A DNA stretch of 15,976 bases from Candidatus Fervidifonticultor quintus (GTDB lineage Bacteria > Sysuimicrobiota > Sysuimicrobiia > Sysuimicrobiales > Humicultoraceae). A model generated the notes under the pieces. That model was not told the DNA's origin. It saw nothing but the letters and a program-made list of their open reading frames with translations, and did no database searches. The stretch covers positions 1 through 15,976 of the forward strand of contig JAVKIJ010000075.1 in assembly GCA_031459535.1 (NCBI GenBank). The letters run 5' to 3'. The position numbers and the translations under genes are program-made. This document shows, piece after piece, positions 1-7,532 of this stretch (position 1 is the stretch's first letter; every line of letters starts with the position of its first letter).

Positions 1-11
1 TCTCCACGCAT
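1..11 (-). CDS. 5' start of a CDS (M-R-G-D/E...), probably an IS5-family transposase; partial
   Basis: ATG at 11-9 with GAAGGAG 9 nt upstream; only 3 full codons are visible. The alternative is the second ABC permease. Confidence 0.45.
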
Positions 12-59
12 CGTCGTCTGCTCCTTCGAAGAGATCGTTGGCGGCTGCGCTTTGACCAG

Positions 60-88
60 ACTATACGCAGAGGCGTGCACTTTGTGAA
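60..88 (-). promoter_or_regulatory. sigma70-like promoter inside the putative IS end
   Basis: TTCACA (88-83), 17 bp spacer, TATAGT (65-60), pointing at the ATG at 11. Confidence 0.5.
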
Positions 89-121
89 GCCACAAGATAT
101 GGAGCGTTTTTCAGCATCCTG

Positions 122-1060
122 CTAGACCGCGGCCTCGATTTCCCTGTAGAGGAACCGGATGAAGATCTGCGAGACCACGATGGTCCCGATCAGGAGCAGG
201 AACCCCATGGCGGTGGCAATGCCGAGATCGTACATGCGAAAGCCCACCCGCTGCACGTAGACGCTGAGGATCTCGGTTGCGACCCCGGGCCCTCCACGCG
301 TCAGGACGAAGATGGCGTCGAACGCCCGCAGGATATCGGCCACGCGGATGATCAGGACGGCGGTGAGCGCCGGCCGCAGGTAGGGGAAGAGGACGTGCTG
401 GAAGACCGCCCATCCGGCGGTGCTGTCGAGCATCGCAGCCTCGTAGAGATCGTCGGGAACGGTGCTGAGACCTGCGAGGACGACCAGGGCTACGAATGGG
501 GTCCATTGCCAGATGTCCACAACCCCAATAGTGATCATCGCCACGGCGGGATCGCCCAGCCAGTTCACCTTGTTGATCCCGACCGAGCTCAAGAGGTAGT
601 TGACGATTCCGAACTCGCGATTAAACATCAGCCGGCCGATCAACCCCACGGCCGAGGGCGTCATCATGATGGGGACGATCATGATCAGCCGCATGGCCTG
701 CTGAAAGCGCTGCAGTCCTTTCAGGTTCACATGGAGAAGGAGCGCCAGGGAGATGCCGCCGATCATCTGTATGGGTAGCGTCAGCGCGGCGAAGTGCAGG
801 GTTCGCAGGACGGCCTTGTGGAACAGCGAGTCCGCCAGGACGGTGCGGTAGTTCGCCAGGCCGATGAAGTCGCGCCCCAGATGCGGCATCGTGATGACAT
901 AGGTGTGGAGGCTGATCCAGACCGAGTAGAGCAGGGGGTAGATCCCAATGCCGAGCAGCACCAGCACCGCGGGCGCCACGAAAGGGACCGCCGGGCTCAG
1001 CCGCAGCCGGCCTACTCGCAGCGAGACGTGCGAGACCTGTTCAGCGACCTCCTGGGCCAT
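122..1060 (-). CDS. Carbohydrate ABC transporter permease (CUT1, MalF/UgpA-like)
   Basis: 312 aa with multiple TM segments, FIGLANY, DIWQWTPF, EAA loop LYEAAMLDS and TRGGPG motifs. Confidence 0.93.
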   Translation of the reverse strand: MAQEVAEQVSHVSLRVGRLRLSPAVPFVAPAVLVLLGIGIYPLLYSVWISLHTYVITMPHLGRDFIGLANYRTVLADSLFHKAVLRTLHFAALTLPIQMIGGISLALLLHVNLKGLQRFQQAMRLIMIVPIMMTPSAVGLIGRLMFNREFGIVNYLLSSVGINKVNWLGDPAVAMITIGVVDIWQWTPFVALVVLAGLSTVPDDLYEAAMLDSTAGWAVFQHVLFPYLRPALTAVLIIRVADILRAFDAIFVLTRGGPGVATEILSVYVQRVGFRMYDLGIATAMGFLLLIGTIVVSQIFIRFLYREIEAAV

Positions 1061-1065
1061 CGCCT

Positions 1066-1099
1066 ACCGGGGCCCGGCCGCGCGCGGCCGGGCCCCGGT
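1066..1099. repeat. Perfect 34-bp GC-rich palindrome between the SBP and permease genes
   Basis: ACCGGGGCCCGGCCGCG|CGCGGCCGGGCCCCGGT is its own reverse complement; no U-tract follows. Confidence 0.9.
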
Positions 1100-1104
1100 T
1101 CCTC

Positions 1105-2463
1105 CTACTGCTCACATGTCTTCTTGCCGGTGTAGTACCCGGCCTTCTCCATGATCTTGTAGATCCGCTCGTTCATGAGCTTGAGGGCCTCGGCCGGCTT
1201 CCGCTGGCCGGTGAGCGCCTCGCTGCCGTACTGCGCGACCACGTCCGAGATCTGTGGCCACTCTGCAAACCGGGGGCGGTAGATGGGATTCGCGATCTTC
1301 CACGATTCGACCAGCGGCTTGAAGTACGGGTACTTCTTCTGCAGCTCGGGGTCGTTGTAGACCGCCATCCGGGCCGAGACGCCGCCGTTAATGATATAGG
1401 TCTTGGCGTTCTTCTCACTGGTGGCCCACTGGATGAACAACCAAGCGGCCTCCTGCTTCTCCTTGGAGCTAAAGGCGTTGACGCCCATGGAGAAGCCGCC
1501 GAACGCCGGCACGCGGCGGCCCGTGGCCTTCCACATCGGCTCGACGGTCACCGCGACGTCGTCGATGATCTTGGAGGTCTTGGGGTCCTTGAAGTAGGCC
1601 CAGAAGGCGCTCCACTCATTGATCATCGCCACCTTACCCTGGGCGAGAGCCTGGACCGTCTCGTCGTGGTCCCACTCCGCGACGTCGGGCGGCATGATCT
1701 TCTTGAGGGCGATCTGGAACTCCAGCGCCCTGAGCGCCGCCGACTGATCCAGGACCGGCTTGCAGGTCTTCTGATCCAGGAAGCCGTTCCCAAGACCCCA
1801 CTGGTAGCGGGCAAACGCGTCGCAGGACATCGTCTCCCCGCGCCGCGACTGCTGGGCGAAGGCGTACTTGCCGCCCTTGGTCAGCCTCGGCCCATAGACG
1901 TTGAAGAGGTCTTCCCACGTCTTGGGCGGCTCGTTGAATCCGGCCTCCTTCAGCATCTTCCTGTTGTAGAACATCAGGCCCGAGTAGTTGTCCCAGGGGA
2001 GCCCATAGACCTTGCCCTTCCAGCTGCCGAAGCCCTTCAGGAGGATTGGGAAGAACCCTTTGAGGTTGAGCTCGGGGTCGGCCAGCCTGGGATCGTTGTA
2101 GAACCGCTCCAACGGAACCACCCATCCGTTCTCAGCAAACTCGCCGACCCAGACGAGGTCGATCAGCACGGCATCGTAGGTGCCGGCCTTGGCTGTGAAG
2201 TCGAGGACCTCCTTCTCGTGCGTGTTCTCGTAGGGAATCGTCTCCCACTTGACCTTGATCCCGGTGATCTTCTCGAAGTCCGGGATCATCTTCTGATAGG
2301 CGTAGTAGCCTGGGCGTTCCAGGAACGCCGCGTTGATGGTGACGCCCCGGTAGGGCTTCGCAGCCTCCGCGAGGCTCCAGGCGGGTGCGGCGCGGGACTG
2401 AGGAACCCCCAGCGCCAGAGCCAGAGAGAAGACACAGACCAGGAGCACTGCGCGACTTCGCAT
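1105..2463 (-). CDS. Sugar ABC transporter substrate-binding protein (SBP family 1)
   Basis: Start re-called at ATG 2463 (SD GGGAGGAG at 2480-2473), giving a signal peptide [25 protein letters not shown]. Motifs [33 protein letters not shown] and AAWLFIQW are present. Confidence 0.92.
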   Translation of the reverse strand: MRSRAVLLVCVFSLALALGVPQSRAAPAWSLAEAAKPYRGVTINAAFLERPGYYAYQKMIPDFEKITGIKVKWETIPYENTHEKEVLDFTAKAGTYDAVLIDLVWVGEFAENGWVVPLERFYNDPRLADPELNLKGFFPILLKGFGSWKGKVYGLPWDNYSGLMFYNRKMLKEAGFNEPPKTWEDLFNVYGPRLTKGGKYAFAQQSRRGETMSCDAFARYQWGLGNGFLDQKTCKPVLDQSAALRALEFQIALKKIMPPDVAEWDHDETVQALAQGKVAMINEWSAFWAYFKDPKTSKIIDDVAVTVEPMWKATGRRVPAFGGFSMGVNAFSSKEKQEAAWLFIQWATSEKNAKTYIINGGVSARMAVYNDPELQKKYPYFKPLVESWKIANPIYRPRFAEWPQISDVVAQYGSEALTGQRKPAEALKLMNERIYKIMEKAGYYTGKKTCEQ

Positions 2464-2517
2464 CGCTCTCTTCTCCTCCCTCCCTCGCTCGTGTGTATGG
2501 CCTAGCGAGGCAACCAT

Positions 2518-2542
2518 ACTTTGTTCAGGGATCTAACTAACT
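2518..2542. promoter_or_regulatory. XylR/ROK-type operator
   Basis: 25-bp imperfect inverted repeat AGTTAGTT-N9-AACAAAGT (minus strand), an AT-rich patch in GC-rich DNA. It matches the form of the Bacillus xyl operator, lies just downstream of a -10-like TATAGA (2558-2553) and is next to a ROK repressor gene. Confidence 0.8.
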
Positions 2543-2777
2543 CCCTGGCCTTTCTATACGTCGGGCGGACCCGAAACTCCTCCTCGGTCTCGGCAGCCGC
2601 CGGACCAGTGGGGTGTGATTGCCGTGTCGCGTCCTCGGAGGCCGGGCGCCCTCCGCCCTGACGGCGCCAAGGACGGTCCGTCTGCGCTACTGCCAGGGAC
2701 CTGCAGGAAACTGCTACCCCGGATTGAAGCCCAAAGGGGCGCGGCTTGGCCGACGGCGTTGGGGGGAGATCATCGGG

Positions 2778-3986
2778 TTGCGCTATCCGGGGACCGTACA
2801 CGACCAGTCATTCATTCGAGACCTTAACAAATCCATCCTACTCAATCTTCTCAGGCTTCGTAGCCCGCTCTCTCGGGCCGATCTGGCGAAGCTGAGCGGG
2901 CTGACCAAGGCGACGGTCTCGACCCTGGTCGGCAAACTGATTGAAGAGCATCTGGTCGTGGAGACCGGTTTCGGCGAGGCGCGGCCGGGTCGTCCCCCCC
3001 TGCTACTCGATCTCAACGCATCGGGCGGATTCGCGATCGGTGCGGATATCGGCGTCGACTACCGTCTCGTGGTGGCCCTCGACCTCAAGGGGCGGCCGGT
3101 CTGGCAGAAACGTGTGATCAAGTCTGAACCCACCGACGTGCGTGACGACCTGGCCCTCCTGGCCGGGCTGATTGAAGAGGCGATCGCCGCGGTTCCGCCC
3201 ACTGGGCTCGGCCTGTTGGGAATCGGCGTGGGGGTCCACGGCCTCGTGGAGCACCCCCGCGGGCTGCTGGTCTTCGCCCCAAACCTCGGCTGGCGCGACG
3301 TGCCGGTAGCGGACTTGTTGGGACCGCGATTCTCTGTGCCGATCCTCGTGGACAACGAGGCCAATGCCGGCGCCCTGGCCGAGACGTGGGTCGGTGCGGC
3401 ACGGGAAGCGCGCTGTGTGGTCTACCTCAGCGTCGGCATCGGGCTCGGTGCCGGCATCGTCATCGATGGGGAGCTCTATCGGGGAACGACCGGCACGGCT
3501 GGCGAGTTCGGACACACGACCGTGGATCCCTCCGGCCCGCTGTGCGGCTGCGGGAACCGAGGATGTCTCGAGATGTTCGTGTCCGAGCGTGCCCTCGTTT
3601 CGGATCTGCAACCGCTGTGGTCCGGGTCGGCGACGGTGGCGGCCGATCAGGTCTTTCGGGCCGCCCATGAAGGGGATCCGGCGGCCATCGCCGCGTTGCG
3701 TCGGGTCGGGGAGTACCTCGGCATCGGCGTGGCCAACGTGGTGAATACGTTCAACCCCGAGCTGGTTGTGGTTGGCGGGCCGATGGCACGGGGAGGGGAC
3801 TATCTGCTGGGCCCGGTCCAGCACATGGTGGCGCAGCGGGCCCTGGCCCACCCACGGCGCTTTGCATCGGTGGTGCTGTCGCAACTCGGCGAGCTGGCGA
3901 CTGCCATCGGATGCGGCGTGATGGTCCTGAAGGAGCTCTTTGGCGCACCGACGCGGCCGCTGGGGAGGATCGCGAAGGCGCCATAA
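2778..3986 (+). CDS. xylR: ROK-family transcriptional repressor (XylR-like)
   Basis: N-terminal wHTH (SRADLAKLSGLTKATVSTLV), GRPP, NEANAGALAE, GIGLGAG, GEFGH and the Zn motif CGCGNRGCLE. Start re-called at in-frame TTG 2778 after GGGGAG; the ORF track extends it to 2619. Confidence 0.85.
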   Translation: MRYPGTVHDQSFIRDLNKSILLNLLRLRSPLSRADLAKLSGLTKATVSTLVGKLIEEHLVVETGFGEARPGRPPLLLDLNASGGFAIGADIGVDYRLVVALDLKGRPVWQKRVIKSEPTDVRDDLALLAGLIEEAIAAVPPTGLGLLGIGVGVHGLVEHPRGLLVFAPNLGWRDVPVADLLGPRFSVPILVDNEANAGALAETWVGAAREARCVVYLSVGIGLGAGIVIDGELYRGTTGTAGEFGHTTVDPSGPLCGCGNRGCLEMFVSERALVSDLQPLWSGSATVAADQVFRAAHEGDPAAIAALRRVGEYLGIGVANVVNTFNPELVVVGGPMARGGDYLLGPVQHMVAQRALAHPRRFASVVLSQLGELATAIGCGVMVLKELFGAPTRPLGRIAKAP

Positions 3987-4011
3987 CACGTTAGGGGAGC
4001 GGGTGGTCACC

Positions 4012-5091
4012 ATGGGTCGCCTCAGGAACAGCGTGGGTATCTGGGCGTTTCAGGAGATGCCCACCCGATTTCTTGCTGCGGGCTATCATCCAGAGTTCCG
4101 GGGCCTGGACGTGATCGCGCGCACCGAGGCGGTCCTCAAGGGGTGCGGCGATCTGGTCGACGGCCTGGAGTATCACTTCCCCAATGAGATCAACGAGCGG
4201 AACGCCGACGCGATCCTGCGGGTGCTCGGCGGCGATCACGACGTGTACTGCGTCGCCAGCGGCGCCCATACGTTCTCCGAGCATGCCCGTGGGGCATTCA
4301 CCAATCCCGACCCCCGGGTCCGCGCCGACGCCGTGGCCGTGGCCAAGGCCGGCATTGACCTCGCCGCGGGGCTGGGCGCCCACTTCATCATCTGGCCCGG
4401 CATCGAGGGGTACAACTATCCATTCCAGTGCGACTACCGCAGCGCATGGCGCTGGTTCCTGGACGGCATCCGTCAGTGCGCCGAGCACGCCGCCACGCGG
4501 GGTGTCACCATCTTCCTGGAGCACAAGAACTCCGAGCCGGCGATGAAGATCCACATGCGCGATGTGGGGATGACCCTCTACGTCATCCACGCGTTGCAGG
4601 CCATGGGTGCCGATGCCAGCCACGTCAAGATCAACCTGGACTGGCAGCACCTGATCATGAACGGCGAGCACGTGCCGGAGTACATTGTCTTGCTGTCCGA
4701 CGCCGGACGCCTGGGGCACCTCCACGCCAACAGCGGCTGGGGGACCTTCGACGACGACAACATGGTGGGCGCGACACACTTCATGACCACCCTGGAGATC
4801 GCCAAGACCCTGCAGCAGATCGGATACGGCGCGCACGGCGAGCGCGTGGGGTTCGATCTCTTTCCCTACACGGAGGATCCCGCGGAGGCCGTCAATCAGA
4901 GTGTGCTGCAGTGGGAGTTCATCTGGGAGCTGGCCGCGCGGATCGACGAGGCCGCCCTGGCCGAGGCGCGCCGGCGGAAAGACGCGGTGGCGGCGTACAG
5001 GGTGGTCTTCGAGGCCCTGGGCCTCAATGGGGCGTTCAGGGAGCGGATGCGTCGCAACGGGTCAGCGCACCCGAGGGGATCGGTGGTATAA
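4012..5091 (+). CDS. Xylose-isomerase-fold (TIM barrel) sugar isomerase, substrate uncertain
   Basis: Motifs GAFTNPDPRVR, WPGIEG, EHKNSEP, NLDWQH, HLHAN, FDDD and FDLFP. ATG 4012 is preferred; GTG 4003 is possible. Confidence 0.85.
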   Translation: MGRLRNSVGIWAFQEMPTRFLAAGYHPEFRGLDVIARTEAVLKGCGDLVDGLEYHFPNEINERNADAILRVLGGDHDVYCVASGAHTFSEHARGAFTNPDPRVRADAVAVAKAGIDLAAGLGAHFIIWPGIEGYNYPFQCDYRSAWRWFLDGIRQCAEHAATRGVTIFLEHKNSEPAMKIHMRDVGMTLYVIHALQAMGADASHVKINLDWQHLIMNGEHVPEYIVLLSDAGRLGHLHANSGWGTFDDDNMVGATHFMTTLEIAKTLQQIGYGAHGERVGFDLFPYTEDPAEAVNQSVLQWEFIWELAARIDEAALAEARRRKDAVAAYRVVFEALGLNGAFRERMRRNGSAHPRGSVV

Positions 5092-5092
5092 T
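5084..5092 (+). promoter_or_regulatory. Extended -10 promoter for the ruvCAB operon
   Basis: Perfect TGGTATAAT (TGnTATAAT) overlapping the isomerase stop codon TAA (5089-5091). Confidence 0.75.
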
Positions 5093-5106
5093 CGAACGCA
5101 GGTTCG
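5093..5106. promoter_or_regulatory. LexA binding site (Cheo-type SOS box)
   Basis: CGAAC-GCAG-GTTCG fits the Gram-positive consensus CGAAC-N4-GTTCG and sits between the -10 and the ruvC start. Confidence 0.85.
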
Positions 5107-5109
5107 GCC

Positions 5110-5667
5110 ATGCCGACGGCGTCGTTGCCGCGTGCGCGTTCTCCCCGGCCGATCGGTTCCGATCCCCGCCGGCACGGAACTCCTCCTCTCGTCTTGGGTC
5201 TCGACCCGGGCCTGCACCGTACGGGGTACGGCGCCCTGGAGGCGGACGCGGGCCGGCCGCGCGTGCGCGAAGTCGGGGTGCTGGCCACGCCGCCTCGGCA
5301 GGCGATGGCCGATCGCCTCTTCCAGCTGTATCGCGATGTGGACCGCCTGTTGCGCGATCTGCGTCCCGGCGTGGTCGTCCTCGAGGATCTCTTCGTCCAC
5401 GGCCGGTTCCCCAGGACGGCCATCGTGCTCGGACATGCCCGCGGCATCATCCTCCTCGCCGCCGCGGCCAGGGGCGTCCGCGTCCTGGAGCTGGCGCCGG
5501 CCGTGGTGAAGCGGGCGGTGGCCGGAAACGGCCGAGCCAGCAAGGCCCAGGTACAGAGCGCGGTGCGCGGGCTATTGGGCTTGCGGCCGCTGGCCGACGC
5601 GCACGCCGCGGATGCGCTGGCGCTGGCCTACGCCGGGCTGCACCGGGCCATGGGAGCGCGGCGATGA
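5110..5667 (+). CDS. ruvC: Holliday junction resolvase RuvC
   Basis: LGLDPG, GYG, LEDLF, ARG, VKRAVAGNGRASKAQVQ and HAADALALA motifs; upstream of ruvAB. Confidence 0.93.
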   Translation: MPTASLPRARSPRPIGSDPRRHGTPPLVLGLDPGLHRTGYGALEADAGRPRVREVGVLATPPRQAMADRLFQLYRDVDRLLRDLRPGVVVLEDLFVHGRFPRTAIVLGHARGIILLAAAARGVRVLELAPAVVKRAVAGNGRASKAQVQSAVRGLLGLRPLADAHAADALALAYAGLHRAMGARR

Positions 5668-6284
5668 TCGGCTATCTGCGCGGCCGGATCGTGCGTCGCG
5701 GCGAGGGCGTGATCGTCCTCGAGGTCGGCGGGGTGGGCTACGAGGTGGCGCTGCCGCCCATCGTCGAGGCCGCGCTGCCGTCGGGTGAGGGGGAGGCGGT
5801 GGTCGAGCTCTTCATCTCGTACCATGCCACTGCCAACCAACCCAAGCCGCTGCTCGTGGGGTTCCTGCGCGAGGTAGAGCAGGAGTTCTTCGAACGCTTC
5901 GTCACCGTGGACGGTGTGGGGCCCACGCGGGCAGTGCGCGCCATGGTCCGCCAGGTGCACGAGATCGCCGACGCCATCGAGCGCCGCGACGCGGCGTTCC
6001 TGCGTCGGCTGCCCGGGATCGGCAGCCGGACCGCGGAGAAGGTGATCGCCGAGCTCCACGGGAAGATGGGCAAGTACGCGCTGCTGCGCGAGGAGGCGGC
6101 GGCTGCGCCGGCGCCTCCCGACTTCAAGGCCGAGGTCATTGACGTGCTGGTCCGACAGCTCGGCCACCGGGCGGCCGAGGCGAGACGCATGGTGGAAGAG
6201 GCGTTGCAGCGGGCTCCGCACGTGGACTCCGCGGAAGCGCTGTTCCAGGAGGTCTACCGGTTGGAGCGAGGGACGCCCCGATGA
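5664..6284 (+). CDS. ruvA: Holliday junction branch migration protein RuvA
   Basis: MIGYLRGRI, VGGVGYEV and two HhH motifs (VDGVGP, LPGIGSRTAEK). ATGA overlap with the ruvC stop. This is the true 3' part of track ORF 4428..6284. Confidence 0.93.
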   Translation: MIGYLRGRIVRRGEGVIVLEVGGVGYEVALPPIVEAALPSGEGEAVVELFISYHATANQPKPLLVGFLREVEQEFFERFVTVDGVGPTRAVRAMVRQVHEIADAIERRDAAFLRRLPGIGSRTAEKVIAELHGKMGKYALLREEAAAAPAPPDFKAEVIDVLVRQLGHRAAEARRMVEEALQRAPHVDSAEALFQEVYRLERGTPR

Positions 6285-7315
6285 CTCGCCAGCGGCTCAA
6301 CGTACACGCCAGCGCCGAAGAAGAGCAGGTGCTCCGCAGCCTGCGGCCCCGCACCCTGGACGAGTGCATCGGGCAGTCCCGGGTGATCGAGGGCCTGCGG
6401 ATCAGCATCAGTGCCGCCCGCGGCCGCGGTGAGTCGCTGGACCACATCCTGCTGCACGGGCCGCCGGGCCTGGGCAAGACGACCCTGGCCAACGTGGTCG
6501 CCCATGAAATGGGGGTGGATGTGGTTACGACGAGCGGTCCGGCCCTCGAGCGCGGCGGCGACCTGATGGGCATCCTCACCAACCTCAACGCCGGCGACCT
6601 GCTCTTCATCGACGAGATCCACCGCCTCTCGCGGAGCATCGAAGAGCTGCTCTACCCGGCCATGGAGGACTACTGCGTCAACTTCGTCATCGACAAGGGC
6701 CCGCACGCCCGCACCCTGCGCTATCAACTGCGGCCCTTCACCCTGGTCGGCGCCACCACCCGGGCCGGCCTGCTCTCCTCGCCGTTGCGGGAGCGCTTCG
6801 GCATCTTCCACCATCTCGACTTCTTCACCACCGAGGAGCTCACCCAGGTGGTGCAGCGGTCGGCCCGCATCCTGGAAGTGCCCATCGAGGCGGCGGGCGC
6901 CGAGGAGATCGCGCGGCGATCGCGGGGCACGCCGCGGGTCGCCAACCGGCTGTTGCGCAGGGTGCGGGATTTCGCCCAGGTCCGCGCCGACGGCGTCATC
7001 ACCCTGGATGTCGCGCGGCGGGCGCTCGAGTTCGAGGGCGTGGACCATCTGGGCCTGGACGGCCTGGACCGGGACCTGCTGCGGGTGCTGATCCACGTGT
7101 ACGGGGGCGGGCCGGCCGGGGTGGATGCCCTGGCGGCGTCGCTGCACGAGGACCCCGAGACGCTGGAAGAGGTGGTCGAGCCGTTTCTGCTCAAGGCCGG
7201 GTTGATCGCGCGGACACAAGCCGGCCGGCGGGCGACCGCCCAGGCGTACGCGCACCTGGGCCTAGCCCCACCCGATCCGCCCCGGAGCGCACAGGGGGGT
7301 CTGTGGGCACCGTGA
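6281..7315 (+). CDS. ruvB: Holliday junction branch migration ATPase RuvB
   Basis: LRPRTLDE, Walker A GPPGLGKTTLA, Walker B LFIDEIHRL, LYPAMED, GATTRAG and SRGTPRVANRLLRRVRD. Confidence 0.97.
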   Translation: MTRQRLNVHASAEEEQVLRSLRPRTLDECIGQSRVIEGLRISISAARGRGESLDHILLHGPPGLGKTTLANVVAHEMGVDVVTTSGPALERGGDLMGILTNLNAGDLLFIDEIHRLSRSIEELLYPAMEDYCVNFVIDKGPHARTLRYQLRPFTLVGATTRAGLLSSPLRERFGIFHHLDFFTTEELTQVVQRSARILEVPIEAAGAEEIARRSRGTPRVANRLLRRVRDFAQVRADGVITLDVARRALEFEGVDHLGLDGLDRDLLRVLIHVYGGGPAGVDALAASLHEDPETLEEVVEPFLLKAGLIARTQAGRRATAQAYAHLGLAPPDPPRSAQGGLWAP

Positions 7316-7527
7316 CGCCCCTCCAGTCATTGGGACGCATGCTGATGGTAATGGGTGCGCTGCTCTTCATCGCTGGCGTGATGCTGACCGTCGCTGGCAG
7401 GGTGCCCAGGCTCCCGGGGGATATCGTCATCGAGCGGCCGAACCTCACGGTGTTCATTCCTCTGGGATGGATGATCGTGGTCAGCGTGGTGCTCACGATC
7501 CTGCTCAACATTCTGATCCGCCGCTAG
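7312..7527 (+). CDS. DUF2905-family small membrane protein
   Basis: Two hydrophobic helices flanking RLPGDI; usual position between ruvB and queA; GTGA overlap with the ruvB stop. Confidence 0.85.
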   Translation: MTPLQSLGRMLMVMGALLFIAGVMLTVAGRVPRLPGDIVIERPNLTVFIPLGWMIVVSVVLTILLNILIRR

Positions 7528-7532
7528 CGCCC

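Larger units (their letters stand above)
1..121 (-). mobile_element. Probable left end of an IS5/IS1182-like insertion sequence, truncated by the window start
   Basis: The minus strand reads CTAG|CAGGATGCTGAAAAA (121-107), resembling IS5-like terminal inverted repeats next to a CTAG target. It is followed by a sigma70-like promoter, SD GAAGGAG (27-21) and ATG CGT GGA GA (M-R-G-D/E), a common IS5-family transposase N-terminus. Confidence 0.6.

Noticed and set aside
1066..1099. Palindrome as an intrinsic terminator or CRISPR/REP repeat
   Set aside because: No U-tract on either strand, single copy in the window, and no spacers or cas genes.
2619..2777. N-terminal extension of the ROK ORF and the opposing ORF 2502..2801
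   Set aside because: Low-complexity translation of the divergent promoter region; an SD-supported TTG at 2778 gives a normal-length ROK repressor.
3984..3993. TAACACGTTA dyad before the isomerase as a second ROK operator
   Set aside because: Too short and does not match the 25-bp operator pattern.
4428..5663. 618-aa ORF suggesting a long N-terminal fusion to RuvA
   Set aside because: The upstream part is an Arg/Pro/Gly-rich off-frame reading of the isomerase and ruvC; RuvA starts at ATG 5664, overlapping the ruvC stop.
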